Shown: positions 29,194 to 37,677 of the stretch, in pieces | How positions within the stretch are numbered: the first letter of the stretch is position 1 | Layout: every line of letters starts with the position of its first letter | Source of the DNA: an uncultured Candidatus Binatia bacterium | GTDB lineage: Bacteria; Desulfobacterota; Binatia; UBA9968; JAJDTQ01 | Reading direction: 5' to 3' | Length of the DNA stretch: 64,000 nucleotides | Assembly (NCBI GenBank): GCA_965242525.1 | Contig: OZ251459.1 | Span: forward strand, 2,944,001 to 3,008,000 | The notes under the pieces: model-generated | Told to the model about the DNA's origin: nothing | The model's database searches: none | What the model saw: the letters and a program-made list of their open reading frames with translations, nothing else | Program-made: the position numbers and the translations under genes

Positions 29194-30618
29194 TCAGCGC
29201 GAGACCTTCTTCACGCCGTCGAGGGCGGCGATCTTGTAGGCTTCGCCCAGGGTCGGAAAGTTGAACACGTTGTCGATGAAGTAGTCGATGGCGCCGTTGT
29301 GGCTCAGCACCGCCTGTCCCACGTGGATCAGCTCGCACGCCTGGTCCCCGATGATGTGCACCCCCAGGAGGTGCCCGGCGTTGGGCTCGAACAACAGGCG
29401 CAACATGCCGTGTTCGTCCCCGATGATGCCCGCCTTGATCACCTCCTCGTAGGTCGCCTGTCCCACCGCGTAGGGGATGCCCTTGGCCTGCAACTCCTTC
29501 TGGGTATAGCCCACCATGGCGATCTCGGGGATGGTATAGACGCACATGGGGAACAGGCTCATCCGGCCTCCCACCCTGCGCCCCAGGGCGTAGCTCGCGG
29601 CCATGCGGCCCTGCTCGCTGCCGGTGGACGCCAGGGCCGGAAAGCCCACCACGTCGCCGGCCGCATAGATGCTGGGAACCGAGGTCTGGAACAGCTCGTT
29701 GACCTGGATCAACCCGTGCCGGGTCACTTCCACCCCCACGTCCTCCAGACCGAGGACCTTGGAAGCCACTTCGCGCCCCTTGGCCACGATCAGGGCGTCG
29801 GCCTCCAGCACCCGGCCGTCGGTCAGGCAGACCCGCGCCCTGCCTTCCGGGGTCCGCTCGATCTTCTCGTGGACGCCGTCCCACACGAACTCCACGCCGA
29901 AGTCCTCCATGCGCCGGATCAGCATTTCCACCAGCGGACGTTCCGCGAAGGAGAGGAACTCGCGGTCGTGCTGGACCAGCGACACGTTGCAGCCCAGCAC
30001 CGCAAAGGCGGAGCCGTATTCCGCGCCGATGACCCCCGCGCCCACCACGATCAGCGACTCGGGCAGGGTCTCGCGCTGGAGCTCCAGGGTGAACGCGGAA
30101 TCGGAATCGAAGATGACCTCGTTGTCGATGGGGATGTCCGGTACCTGGCGGGGCCTGGAGCCGGTGGCGATGATGATCTTCTCTGCTCCCAGGGTGACGG
30201 ACTCCATGGGGTTCTTCAGGAGCCAGGCATGCACCGAGTTCGGGCTCTCCACGGTGGCGTGGTAGCCTCGAAAGACGTGGATCCGGTCCCGGTAGCCTTT
30301 CAGTTGCTCATCCATGGCCGCTATCTGGCGCTCGACCACCTTGCGGACCCGGACGAACAGGTCCGATACGGTGATGTCCTGCTTCTCGGTGAAGTCCATG
30401 CCGTAGAACGGACGCTGCCGGACCCCGCGCAGGTACAGTATGGCCTCGCGCAGGGTCTTGCTGGGTATGGTGCCCGAAAGCAGGGTCACGCCGCCCAAGG
30501 TCTCCTGCCGCTCCAGGATGGCGACCCTGGCGGCCCCCAGCTTGCACGCCTGGACCGCGGCGCTGTAGCCCGCGGGCCCGCTGCCGATGATGACGACTTC
30601 GTAGCCGGTGTCCTGCAT
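29194..30618 (-). CDS. sthA: Soluble pyridine nucleotide transhydrogenase
   Basis: IGSGPAG, GTIPSKTLRE, GAGVIGAEY, GDVVGFPALAS, YTIPEI, FNFPTL. Confidence 0.88.
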   Translation of the reverse strand: MQDTGYEVVIIGSGPAGYSAAVQACKLGAARVAILERQETLGGVTLLSGTIPSKTLREAILYLRGVRQRPFYGMDFTEKQDITVSDLFVRVRKVVERQIAAMDEQLKGYRDRIHVFRGYHATVESPNSVHAWLLKNPMESVTLGAEKIIIATGSRPRQVPDIPIDNEVIFDSDSAFTLELQRETLPESLIVVGAGVIGAEYGSAFAVLGCNVSLVQHDREFLSFAERPLVEMLIRRMEDFGVEFVWDGVHEKIERTPEGRARVCLTDGRVLEADALIVAKGREVASKVLGLEDVGVEVTRHGLIQVNELFQTSVPSIYAAGDVVGFPALASTGSEQGRMAASYALGRRVGGRMSLFPMCVYTIPEIAMVGYTQKELQAKGIPYAVGQATYEEVIKAGIIGDEHGMLRLLFEPNAGHLLGVHIIGDQACELIHVGQAVLSHNGAIDYFIDNVFNFPTLGEAYKIAALDGVKKVSR

Positions 30619-30750
30619 AAGCCCTCTGGTGTGGCGCCCCGTCCCCCTCCACGGTCCAGGCGGTCCTTCGCCTGACGCGGACCGCTTGCGGAGCCTGCGT
30701 CACTTTAACCCGTTCGCGCGCGAACCGCCATCCGGCCCGGCGGCGGGCGT

Positions 30751-31497
30751 TCACGACCGGAGCGCCCGGTACACCAGCGTCACGCCGGCGAGCATCAGCA
30801 GCGCCAGGATGGCGCGGTTGAAGGTCTGTTGGCGGATGCGGTCCTGGGTCCGCAGGCCCAGGTAGAAGCTCGCCAGGACGAACGCGGTGACGAACAGGGA
30901 GAGTTTCAGGGCTTCGACGCTGAAGAGGTTCCATGTGGAGATGGCGATGACCTGCCAGAACTTCGCCATGACGAAGGTGGTGGCGATGGCCTTGACGAAG
31001 TCGGCCTTCCCGAGCCCGAGGCCCTGGAGGTAGAGGGCCATGACCGGACCGATGGTGTTGGTCAACCCCAACAGGAAGCCGGCGGCGAAACCCGCCACCG
31101 GCGACGCCAGCGGCTCCGCGCGCCGGGGCACGGTGAACTTCCAGGTCAGGAGGCTGGACCCCGCGAACAGGATGACCACCGTCCCCAGGATCAGGTTCAA
31201 CACCCACAGGGAGAGCCGGGCGAGCCCCCAGGTGCCCAGGAACACCCCGGCCAGGGCGGACAGGAACACGGAGGCGAAGCGCCGGAAGAGGGCGGTGGGA
31301 ACGCCCCCGCGGAAGATCTGGCCCAGGTCCATCAACACGCTGGGGAGGACCAGCACGACGATGGCCATGCGGACGTCCAGCAGCAGGGTCAGCATGGGCG
31401 TGGCGATGAGCGGGAAACCCATGCCGGTGGCGCCCTTGACGAACCCCGCGAAGAAGAGGGCCAGGGCCACCGGGACCAGGGTCCAGTCAAGCGTCAT
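30751..31497 (-). CDS. TauE/SafE (TSUP) family membrane transporter
   Basis: AGFVKGATGMG and multiple TM helices. Confidence 0.85.
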   Translation of the reverse strand: MTLDWTLVPVALALFFAGFVKGATGMGFPLIATPMLTLLLDVRMAIVVLVLPSVLMDLGQIFRGGVPTALFRRFASVFLSALAGVFLGTWGLARLSLWVLNLILGTVVILFAGSSLLTWKFTVPRRAEPLASPVAGFAAGFLLGLTNTIGPVMALYLQGLGLGKADFVKAIATTFVMAKFWQVIAISTWNLFSVEALKLSLFVTAFVLASFYLGLRTQDRIRQQTFNRAILALLMLAGVTLVYRALRS

Positions 31498-31509
31498 GGG
31501 CGGGGCCGC

Positions 31510-33141
31510 TCACTCGGGCTTCCATCGTTCCCGGACGTCTTGCAGCCGCTCGCCGCGCTCCACGGGCACCGCGCGCCGGTCCAGCTTGGCGCCGGTGCGC
31601 CGGTGCTCGCCCCTGGCCGCCAGCGCCGCCTCCTCGTCGAGCTCCGCCGGCCACATGCCCAGGGAATAGCCGTGCCACGGGCTGCCGTGCTGCAGCTCCG
31701 GCAGCCCGAGCTCCCGCCACAACTCCTTCGACCGCTCCATGAACTCCCTGGCGGGCAGGGACACCGGCGGGAAGTCCGCCTTCCGGGTGGCGTCGATGAG
31801 CAGGGAGGAGTCCTCGCCGTCGTAGTCTCCCCCCTGGCCGTGCATGCGCACCAGGTTGATGGGCGAGTGGACCGTCTGCCGGCCTTCGATGATGCGCGCG
31901 TCCCGGTGGGGCTGCGAACGGTGGCAGATGGCCCAGTTCACCGCGGCGAAGTTCTCCGGGTCCACGTCCTCGTCCACCGCGACCACCACCTTGCCCAGGT
32001 CGTAGCGGAAGCCCAGCACCGCCATCATGGCCTGCCACGGCTCCTGCTTGTGGGTCTTCCGCATCTGCACCACCACGAACTGCCGCAGGTTCACCAGGGG
32101 CTCGTGCATGCCCACCCGCACCACGCTCTTCAGGTTGCAGTGGTTCCGCAGGTGGTCCAGCACCAGCGACTCCCAGCCCCGGTGCTTGATCTTGCTGCTC
32201 TCGCTCGGCGTCACTTGGCTCAGCACGCCCACGTAACGGGGGTTCTTGCGGTGGGTGATGCAGGTGGCCTCGAACACCGGGCTCAGGCTGCGGGGGTCCA
32301 TGTACCCGTGGGACTCCCCGAACGGACCCTCGGGCTCCAGCACGTCGGTGCGGACGTAGCCTTCGATGACGATCTCCGCGTGGGCCGGCACCTCCAGGTC
32401 CACCGTCTCGCACTTGACGAGCTCCAGCGGCCGGCCCAGGATGGCGCCGGCCACGCCGAGCTCGTCCACCCCGTAGGCGATCTTCTGCACCGCCACGTAG
32501 GAGAGGCACGGGACCGCGCCGATGACGCCGGCCGCGGGCAGCGGCTGGCCCAGGGCGTTGGCCTTGTTCCAGTGGACGGCCAGGTCCTGCTGCCCGCTGA
32601 TGAGATAGACGCCGGTCCTGGTAGGGGACTTGACTTGGCCCCGGTAGTTGCCCACGTTGCGTATGCCGGTCTCCGGGTCCTTGGTCACCCAGTGGCACGC
32701 GGTCAGGTACGGGCCGTTGTCGAAGCCCGGGGTCGAGACGGGGACCGGGAACTCGTCGAGGCCGCCGTGGTCCAGGAGGCCCTTGCCCACGTGGACTTCC
32801 TCTTTCACCGGACCAGTGGCCGCCATCTCCGGGGCCAGCGGACTCGCCACCGCCGCGGACCACTTCTCGAAGCTCCTGCCGGGCTCGCACCCCATGCCCA
32901 GGGCGTAGATGGCCTCGTTGGAGGCCAGGGCGCCCAGCAGCACCGGCGTTTCGTACCGCCTGCCCTTGGCGTCCACCACGTTCTCGAAGAGGAAAGCCTT
33001 GCGCTGGCGGTCCGGCAACCCCAGGAACTGCCAGCGCACCAGCGGATGCAACTCGGTGTCCTTGTCCACCGGACGGGCCACGCGCACCAGCAGGCCCTGC
33101 CGGTCCAGGAGGTCGATGTACTCCCTGAGGTCCCGGTACAT
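31510..33141 (-). CDS. UbiD-family (prFMN) decarboxylase
   Basis: YRDLREYI, RNVGNYR, EGPFGE, KVVVAVDEDVD, IDATRK. Confidence 0.92.
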   Translation of the reverse strand: MYRDLREYIDLLDRQGLLVRVARPVDKDTELHPLVRWQFLGLPDRQRKAFLFENVVDAKGRRYETPVLLGALASNEAIYALGMGCEPGRSFEKWSAAVASPLAPEMAATGPVKEEVHVGKGLLDHGGLDEFPVPVSTPGFDNGPYLTACHWVTKDPETGIRNVGNYRGQVKSPTRTGVYLISGQQDLAVHWNKANALGQPLPAAGVIGAVPCLSYVAVQKIAYGVDELGVAGAILGRPLELVKCETVDLEVPAHAEIVIEGYVRTDVLEPEGPFGESHGYMDPRSLSPVFEATCITHRKNPRYVGVLSQVTPSESSKIKHRGWESLVLDHLRNHCNLKSVVRVGMHEPLVNLRQFVVVQMRKTHKQEPWQAMMAVLGFRYDLGKVVVAVDEDVDPENFAAVNWAICHRSQPHRDARIIEGRQTVHSPINLVRMHGQGGDYDGEDSSLLIDATRKADFPPVSLPAREFMERSKELWRELGLPELQHGSPWHGYSLGMWPAELDEEAALAARGEHRRTGAKLDRRAVPVERGERLQDVRERWKPE

Positions 33142-33155
33142 GCCGAAACCCTCGC

Positions 33156-33935
33156 TCAACGGCCCCGGAACCGGGGCTTGCGCTTGTCGCGGAAGGCCGC
33201 GGGTCCTTCCCGGGCGTCCTCGGTGCCGCCCACCATGGCGCGGAACCCGGCCTCGAAGCGGATGGCGTCCGCAAGCGGCAGGTCCAGACCCCGCAGCACC
33301 ACCTCCTTGACCGCCTGGATGGCCAGCGGCGGGCCGTCGGCAATGGACCGGGCCAAGTCCCCGGCCGCGGCCATCAGCTCGTCCCCGGGCACCACCCGGT
33401 TCACCAGGCCGCACCGGAAGGCTTCGTCCGCGGAGATGGACGCGCCGGTGTAGAGCATCTCCAGGGCCATGCCCAACGGCAGGATGCGGGGCAGCCGCAC
33501 GGTCCCCGAGCTGCCGGGGAAGAACCCCCGCCGGATCTCCGGCAGGCCGAAGGTGGCGTCCTCGCTGCAAATGCGGATGTCGCAGGACAGGGCGATCTCG
33601 AAGCCCCCGGCCAGGCAGTACCCCTGCACCGCGGCGATCATGGGCTTCCACACCGGCTCCCGGCGCCCGGGGTCCCGGGCCAGCGCCGACGACCAGAAGT
33701 CCCGCGCCCGGGGGTCGCCGGCCTCCGCCCGCTCCTTCAGGTCCATGCCGGTGGAGAACGCCCTGCCGCCCACGCCGCTCACCACCGCCGCCCGAAGGTC
33801 CGCGTCCGCGGCGAATTCGTCCCACACCCGCCCCAGCTCGCCCCACATCTCCTCGTTCATGGCGTTGAGCTTGTCGGGCCGGTTCAGGGTGATGAACGCG
33901 ACGCCGTCCCTGCGGTCGAGGTCAACCTGGGACAT
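33156..33935 (-). CDS. Enoyl-CoA hydratase/isomerase
   Basis: LNRPDKLNA, FSTGMDL, GGFEIALSCD, FGLPE, EGPAAF. Confidence 0.92.
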   Translation of the reverse strand: MSQVDLDRRDGVAFITLNRPDKLNAMNEEMWGELGRVWDEFAADADLRAAVVSGVGGRAFSTGMDLKERAEAGDPRARDFWSSALARDPGRREPVWKPMIAAVQGYCLAGGFEIALSCDIRICSEDATFGLPEIRRGFFPGSSGTVRLPRILPLGMALEMLYTGASISADEAFRCGLVNRVVPGDELMAAAGDLARSIADGPPLAIQAVKEVVLRGLDLPLADAIRFEAGFRAMVGGTEDAREGPAAFRDKRKPRFRGR

Positions 33936-33986
33936 CAAGTACCGGCCCTCCAAGCGTCAACGCGCCAAAGGGTTCGATCATCAGGC

Positions 33987-34046
33987 TCATACAGGTCGGA
34001 AGCGAACGATGTAGCGTGCCAAGACGTTGGTATCGAGACCGATCAT
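33987..34046 (-). pseudogene. Truncated VapC/PIN toxin remnant
   Basis: MIGLDTNVLARYIVRFRPV* directly after the AbrB antitoxin. Confidence 0.75.
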
Positions 34047-34050
34047 CCGG

Positions 34051-34290
34051 TCACCGCCCGCGCGTGACCGCCCTCGCAATGGCCTCGTCCATTGCTTCGA
34101 GGCTGACCGGGGATTCGGGTTTCGGCGCCATGCCCTTGAGTTGCGTAACGGATGCCGTGACGGGGGTGATCCGCAAGCTGCCGTCTTCTTCCAGCACGAA
34201 GTCGACCTTGTCGCCCGGCCTGAGACGCAGCTTGTCCCGAATCGGCTTGGGGAAGGTCACCTGCCCCTTGCTGGTCATTGTCGCTTGCAT
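34051..34290 (-). CDS. AbrB/MazE/SpoVT-family antitoxin
   Basis: ATMTSKGQVTFPKPIRDKLRLRPGDKVDF; upstream CTTAC-N6-GTAAG palindrome. Confidence 0.9.
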   Translation of the reverse strand: MQATMTSKGQVTFPKPIRDKLRLRPGDKVDFVLEEDGSLRITPVTASVTQLKGMAPKPESPVSLEAMDEAIARAVTRGR

Positions 34291-34352
34291 TACTTTTACC
34301 TCAAAGGCTTACCTTAGCGTAAGGCAATGTCAGGGCGGATTCAAATGGCGCT

Positions 34353-34712
34353 TCAGGAATTCGTGTGGGTTGCGACACTCCCTATCCCGTCATTCCCGCG
34401 AAAGCGGGAATCCAGACCTTGCGAGCAAACCCCATGTATCCCTGTATGAGATGTTTGTACAACGAGAGCGAGGAAAGTGGATGGATTCCCGCCCCCGCTT
34501 CCGCGAGGACATGCTTTCGCGGGAATGACGGGGTGGGCGTTTGCGGAGCAATGACGGCCTGACCTCTGTCCTTCCCCTTTCCCTCCTGCCTTTCCCACAC
34601 GAAAGCCGGAAGAGCCGCAAACGATCTCGAACCCGGTCAAGTCTCGTTCCTGGTCCTCGGTCTCTTCGGCGGGGTCCATTTCGAGATCGTCGGAATCAAG
34701 CCTTGTCGTCAT
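34353..34712 (-). CDS. Possible small acidic peptide; only the first ~50 codons precede repeat-derived sequence
   Basis: MTTRLDSDDLEMDPAEETEDQERDLTGFEIVCGSSGFRVGK; purine-rich RBS; same strand as the cluster. Confidence 0.35.
   Translation of the reverse strand: MTTRLDSDDLEMDPAEETEDQERDLTGFEIVCGSSGFRVGKAGGKGEGQRSGRHCSANAHPVIPAKACPRGSGGGNPSTFLALVVQTSHTGIHGVCSQGLDSRFRGNDGIGSVATHTNS
34388..34530. mobile_element. Inverted pair of repeat family B enclosing a short GIY-YIG-like remnant
   Basis: CGTCATTCCCGCGAAAGCGGGAATCCA...TGGATTCCCGC...GGGAATGACG; interior LASKPHVSLY then TTGTACAACGAG, shared with the 14 kb element. Confidence 0.7.
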
Positions 34713-34730
34713 CTGTGAGGTCCTTCCCTT

Positions 34731-34771
34731 CGCGTCCTTCGACTTCGCTTTGCCATGCTCGGGACGAACGG
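34731..34771 (-). repeat. Repeat family A (degenerate)
   Basis: CGCGTCCTTCGACTTCGCTTTGCCATGCTCGGGACGAACGG. Confidence 0.8.
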
Positions 34772-34857
34772 GACAATCGTTCGGAGTTGCCCGGCGCCGC
34801 TGGCGAGGAACCGTTGCCGTGGCACGCCCTCGGAGGCCATGCTCGCCGGAAAGGCCG

Positions 34858-35721
34858 CTACTCGATGAACTGGGCCAGGGTCTCGCCCCAGATTTGGCGG
34901 GTCACTTCCAGGCCGATCCTGCCCTGGACGATTTGCTGGATGCGGGTCTCGTCGATGGGGTGGCTGAACTGCTCGTTGCGCATGCGGAGGCGCTGCACGC
35001 CCCGCTCCACCATCAGCTCCCTGGCGCCGTCCACCGCCTCCTGGGTGTCGAAGGCGCCGGCGATCTGATAGACGTTGGCGGGGCCGTGGCCCCGCTCGTC
35101 GTCCAGCACCACCGTGAAGGCCCTGGCCAAGCGGTCGTTGAGTTCGCTGCCTCCGAGTTGGGTGGCGGCGTAGAACAGGCCGCAACTGCCGCCTTCGAGC
35201 AGGCCTTGTGAGTTGACCAGACGCGCCCAGGGCTCGGGCCGCGCCTCCTGTTCCCGGAAGACCTCGGCCAGCCGCACCCATTCCTTCATGTCGGGAAGCG
35301 TGGGGTCGGGGTTCCAGCGGTTGTAGCGGCGCACGACTTCCTTGATGTCCACGGTCTCGCCCGTCAGCCATTCGATGATATCGACGCACAGGTTGCCGTG
35401 GTTGAGCTCCTGCTTGGTGCGGTAGAGGTTTTCCTCCAGCCACTGCCGGTCCACGTCGCCGGTCCACTCATCGACCCAGTACCGGTCCGACCTTCCCAGG
35501 CCGCCGCCGAACTTCTCGACGATCTCCTTGAGGGCCGTGAACGTGGCCTCGATCTCCCGGCCCGCCTGCCTGGTGAGCCACGCCACCTCCTTGTCGCGGT
35601 CCCGCCGGTCCCACTCGAAGTAGGTCCGGGCGATCTCCGCTTCGCCCGCGGCGAAGATGGCCGCTACCCGGGCCAACTCCCGGGTGGCCCGTTCCGTCAA
35701 ACCGTTCCCTGCGTCGCTCAT
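34858..35721 (-). CDS. Ferritin-like di-iron carboxylate protein, function unknown
   Basis: Helical; E...ELNH...E...DERGH ligand pattern (two ExxH motifs). Confidence 0.65.
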   Translation of the reverse strand: MSDAGNGLTERATRELARVAAIFAAGEAEIARTYFEWDRRDRDKEVAWLTRQAGREIEATFTALKEIVEKFGGGLGRSDRYWVDEWTGDVDRQWLEENLYRTKQELNHGNLCVDIIEWLTGETVDIKEVVRRYNRWNPDPTLPDMKEWVRLAEVFREQEARPEPWARLVNSQGLLEGGSCGLFYAATQLGGSELNDRLARAFTVVLDDERGHGPANVYQIAGAFDTQEAVDGARELMVERGVQRLRMRNEQFSHPIDETRIQQIVQGRIGLEVTRQIWGETLAQFIE

Positions 35722-35856
35722 GGCGTGTCTCCTGTCATCCGGTCCCCTCCGGTCCCGTGTCGTCGGCCGAACCCGGTCCCCGTCCCGGAGGAAGCCGTAT
35801 CCCGGAGGAAAAGGGCCGGGAACGGGCCGGGAGGGACGCTCCGGGAGGGCGCGCGC

Positions 35857-36855
35857 CTACCCGCGGGAGCGGGCGAGCTTCCATTCCTCGCCGCGGACCG
35901 TCTCGTGGAAGAGATCGTCCACGTCCGGCTCCCGCTTTATCATGCCCTGTTCACGGGAGTAGCGCGCCAAGGTCCCCACGTTGTTGCGGTTGGCGTCGTT
36001 GAGCCCGTAGATCCACGGGTCCGCGCCGAGCAGCTCCAGTTGCTCCTCCCAGGAGTCCCGGAAGAACGCCAGCGGCACGACCCGGGGGTTGTCCATCCTC
36101 CGGTAGGCCGCCTGCTTGGACTTCTCGAAGGCCACCATCATGTTCATGGGAACCCACGGGTGCCTGTCCACGATCTCCCGCCGGATGACGGTGGTGTGCA
36201 TGATGGGGAAGATCCCGGTGCGGCGGAAGTAGTCCAGCTCTACAGTCTTGGGGTCGTCGAACAGGCGCTTGACCCGGGCGTCCCCGTCCAGGACCGGCGA
36301 CAGGACGTCCGGGTGGATGACCGCGTCCAGCTCGCCCTCCGCCAGCATCTCCTCCACGCGCTTCCCCTTGGGGAGGCGCTCCATCCGGAGGCCGTCGGGC
36401 GGATCGAAGGGCACGTCCTCTTCTTTCTCGGAGCGCCACTCCATGTCCTTGAACGACACGCCGTACTCGTCCTCCAGGATGCCGCGGATCCACAGCAGCG
36501 CGGTGGCCTGCCAGTTCTTGAGCCCCACGGTCTTGCCCGCGAGGTCCCTGGGCTCCCGGATGCCCTTGTGGGCGTTGATGAAGACGAAACCGTGGCGGAA
36601 CCGGCGGTGGAGGAACACCGGGATGGCGGTGAGGTCGTCCGCCTCGCCCCTGTCCCTGGCCAGCAGGTACGACGAGCACGACTGCTCGGCCACGTCGAAC
36701 TCGCGGAAACGCGACACCCGCCAGTGGCGCGTGGACGAGTCCATGTCCGTCAGCACGGTGAGCTCGATGCCGTCCGGCTGGACCGTCCCCTCCTTGAGGG
36801 CGCGGATGCTCTCGTAGTCGCCGCAAGCCAGCGTCAGGTGAAGCTTCTCGGCCAT
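35857..36855 (-). CDS. 4,5-dihydroxyphthalate decarboxylase-like / PBP2-fold protein
   Basis: LTLACGDYE, FDVAE.S.SSY, PVFLHRRFRH, QATALLWIRGIL, TGIFPIMH, DPW.YG. Confidence 0.82.
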   Translation of the reverse strand: MAEKLHLTLACGDYESIRALKEGTVQPDGIELTVLTDMDSSTRHWRVSRFREFDVAEQSCSSYLLARDRGEADDLTAIPVFLHRRFRHGFVFINAHKGIREPRDLAGKTVGLKNWQATALLWIRGILEDEYGVSFKDMEWRSEKEEDVPFDPPDGLRMERLPKGKRVEEMLAEGELDAVIHPDVLSPVLDGDARVKRLFDDPKTVELDYFRRTGIFPIMHTTVIRREIVDRHPWVPMNMMVAFEKSKQAAYRRMDNPRVVPLAFFRDSWEEQLELLGADPWIYGLNDANRNNVGTLARYSREQGMIKREPDVDDLFHETVRGEEWKLARSRG

Positions 36856-36952
36856 TTCTCCCTCCGAATTCCACGGCCACGGGCAAGCGCGGGCGCCCGG
36901 TGGCGTCCCGGGTCCCGGACCCCCGGCCCCGTCAGCCCGGGTCCCGGCCCCG

Positions 36953-37654
36953 TCAGTCGATGGCGAGCCGCTTGGCCCGCCGCACGAAGTAGTCCCACAT
37001 GCTGCCCAGCCGGTGCGGGGTGTAGATCTGCTCGTACTTCTCGCGCGCTTCGTCGTCGCTGCTCCAGGTGGGGTCGCCCGAAGCGCTGGCGAGGAGCTGG
37101 ATGCGGCACGCCTTCTCCAGGAATATGGCGTAGAGGGTCGCGGTCTCCACCGATTCGGCCACCACGGTGGAGCCGTGGTTCTTCATCAGCACGGCCCGGT
37201 GCCGGTCCAGCTTCCGGGCCACCTCCACACCCAGTTCCGGCGTGCGGACCAGCACCGTGGTGTAGTCGAAGAGCGGCAGCCCCTCGCTGAAGATGGACCC
37301 CTCGTGGCTCACGGGCCGCAGCTTCTGCCGCAGGGAGCCGAAGGCGGTGGCGTAGGGCGGGTGCGAGTGGATGACGCAGTGGACGTCCGGGCGGGCGCGG
37401 TAGATCTCGGTGTGGATGAAGACCTCGGAGTGGCGCTCGTAGTCGCCTTCCACCTTGTTGCCGTCGAAATCCACCTTGATGATGTGGTACGGGCGGATCT
37501 CCTCGAAGCCGTAGCTGTGGGGCTTCATCAACATGGCCTCCTCGCCCGGCACCCGGGCCGACACGTGCCCCAGGATGTGGTCCCAGTGCCCTTCGAAGGC
37601 CAGGATGTTGCACGAGACGGCTACCTTGTCCCTCAGCGTTACCAGGTCGTCCAT
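36953..37654 (-). CDS. Class II aldolase/adducin-family protein
   Basis: GHVSAR, HSEVFIHTEIYRARPDV, IHSHPP, MKNHG. Confidence 0.9.
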   Translation of the reverse strand: MDDLVTLRDKVAVSCNILAFEGHWDHILGHVSARVPGEEAMLMKPHSYGFEEIRPYHIIKVDFDGNKVEGDYERHSEVFIHTEIYRARPDVHCVIHSHPPYATAFGSLRQKLRPVSHEGSIFSEGLPLFDYTTVLVRTPELGVEVARKLDRHRAVLMKNHGSTVVAESVETATLYAIFLEKACRIQLLASASGDPTWSSDDEAREKYEQIYTPHRLGSMWDYFVRRAKRLAID

Positions 37655-37677
37655 GAAACCCCCCGATCGCAATCCGC

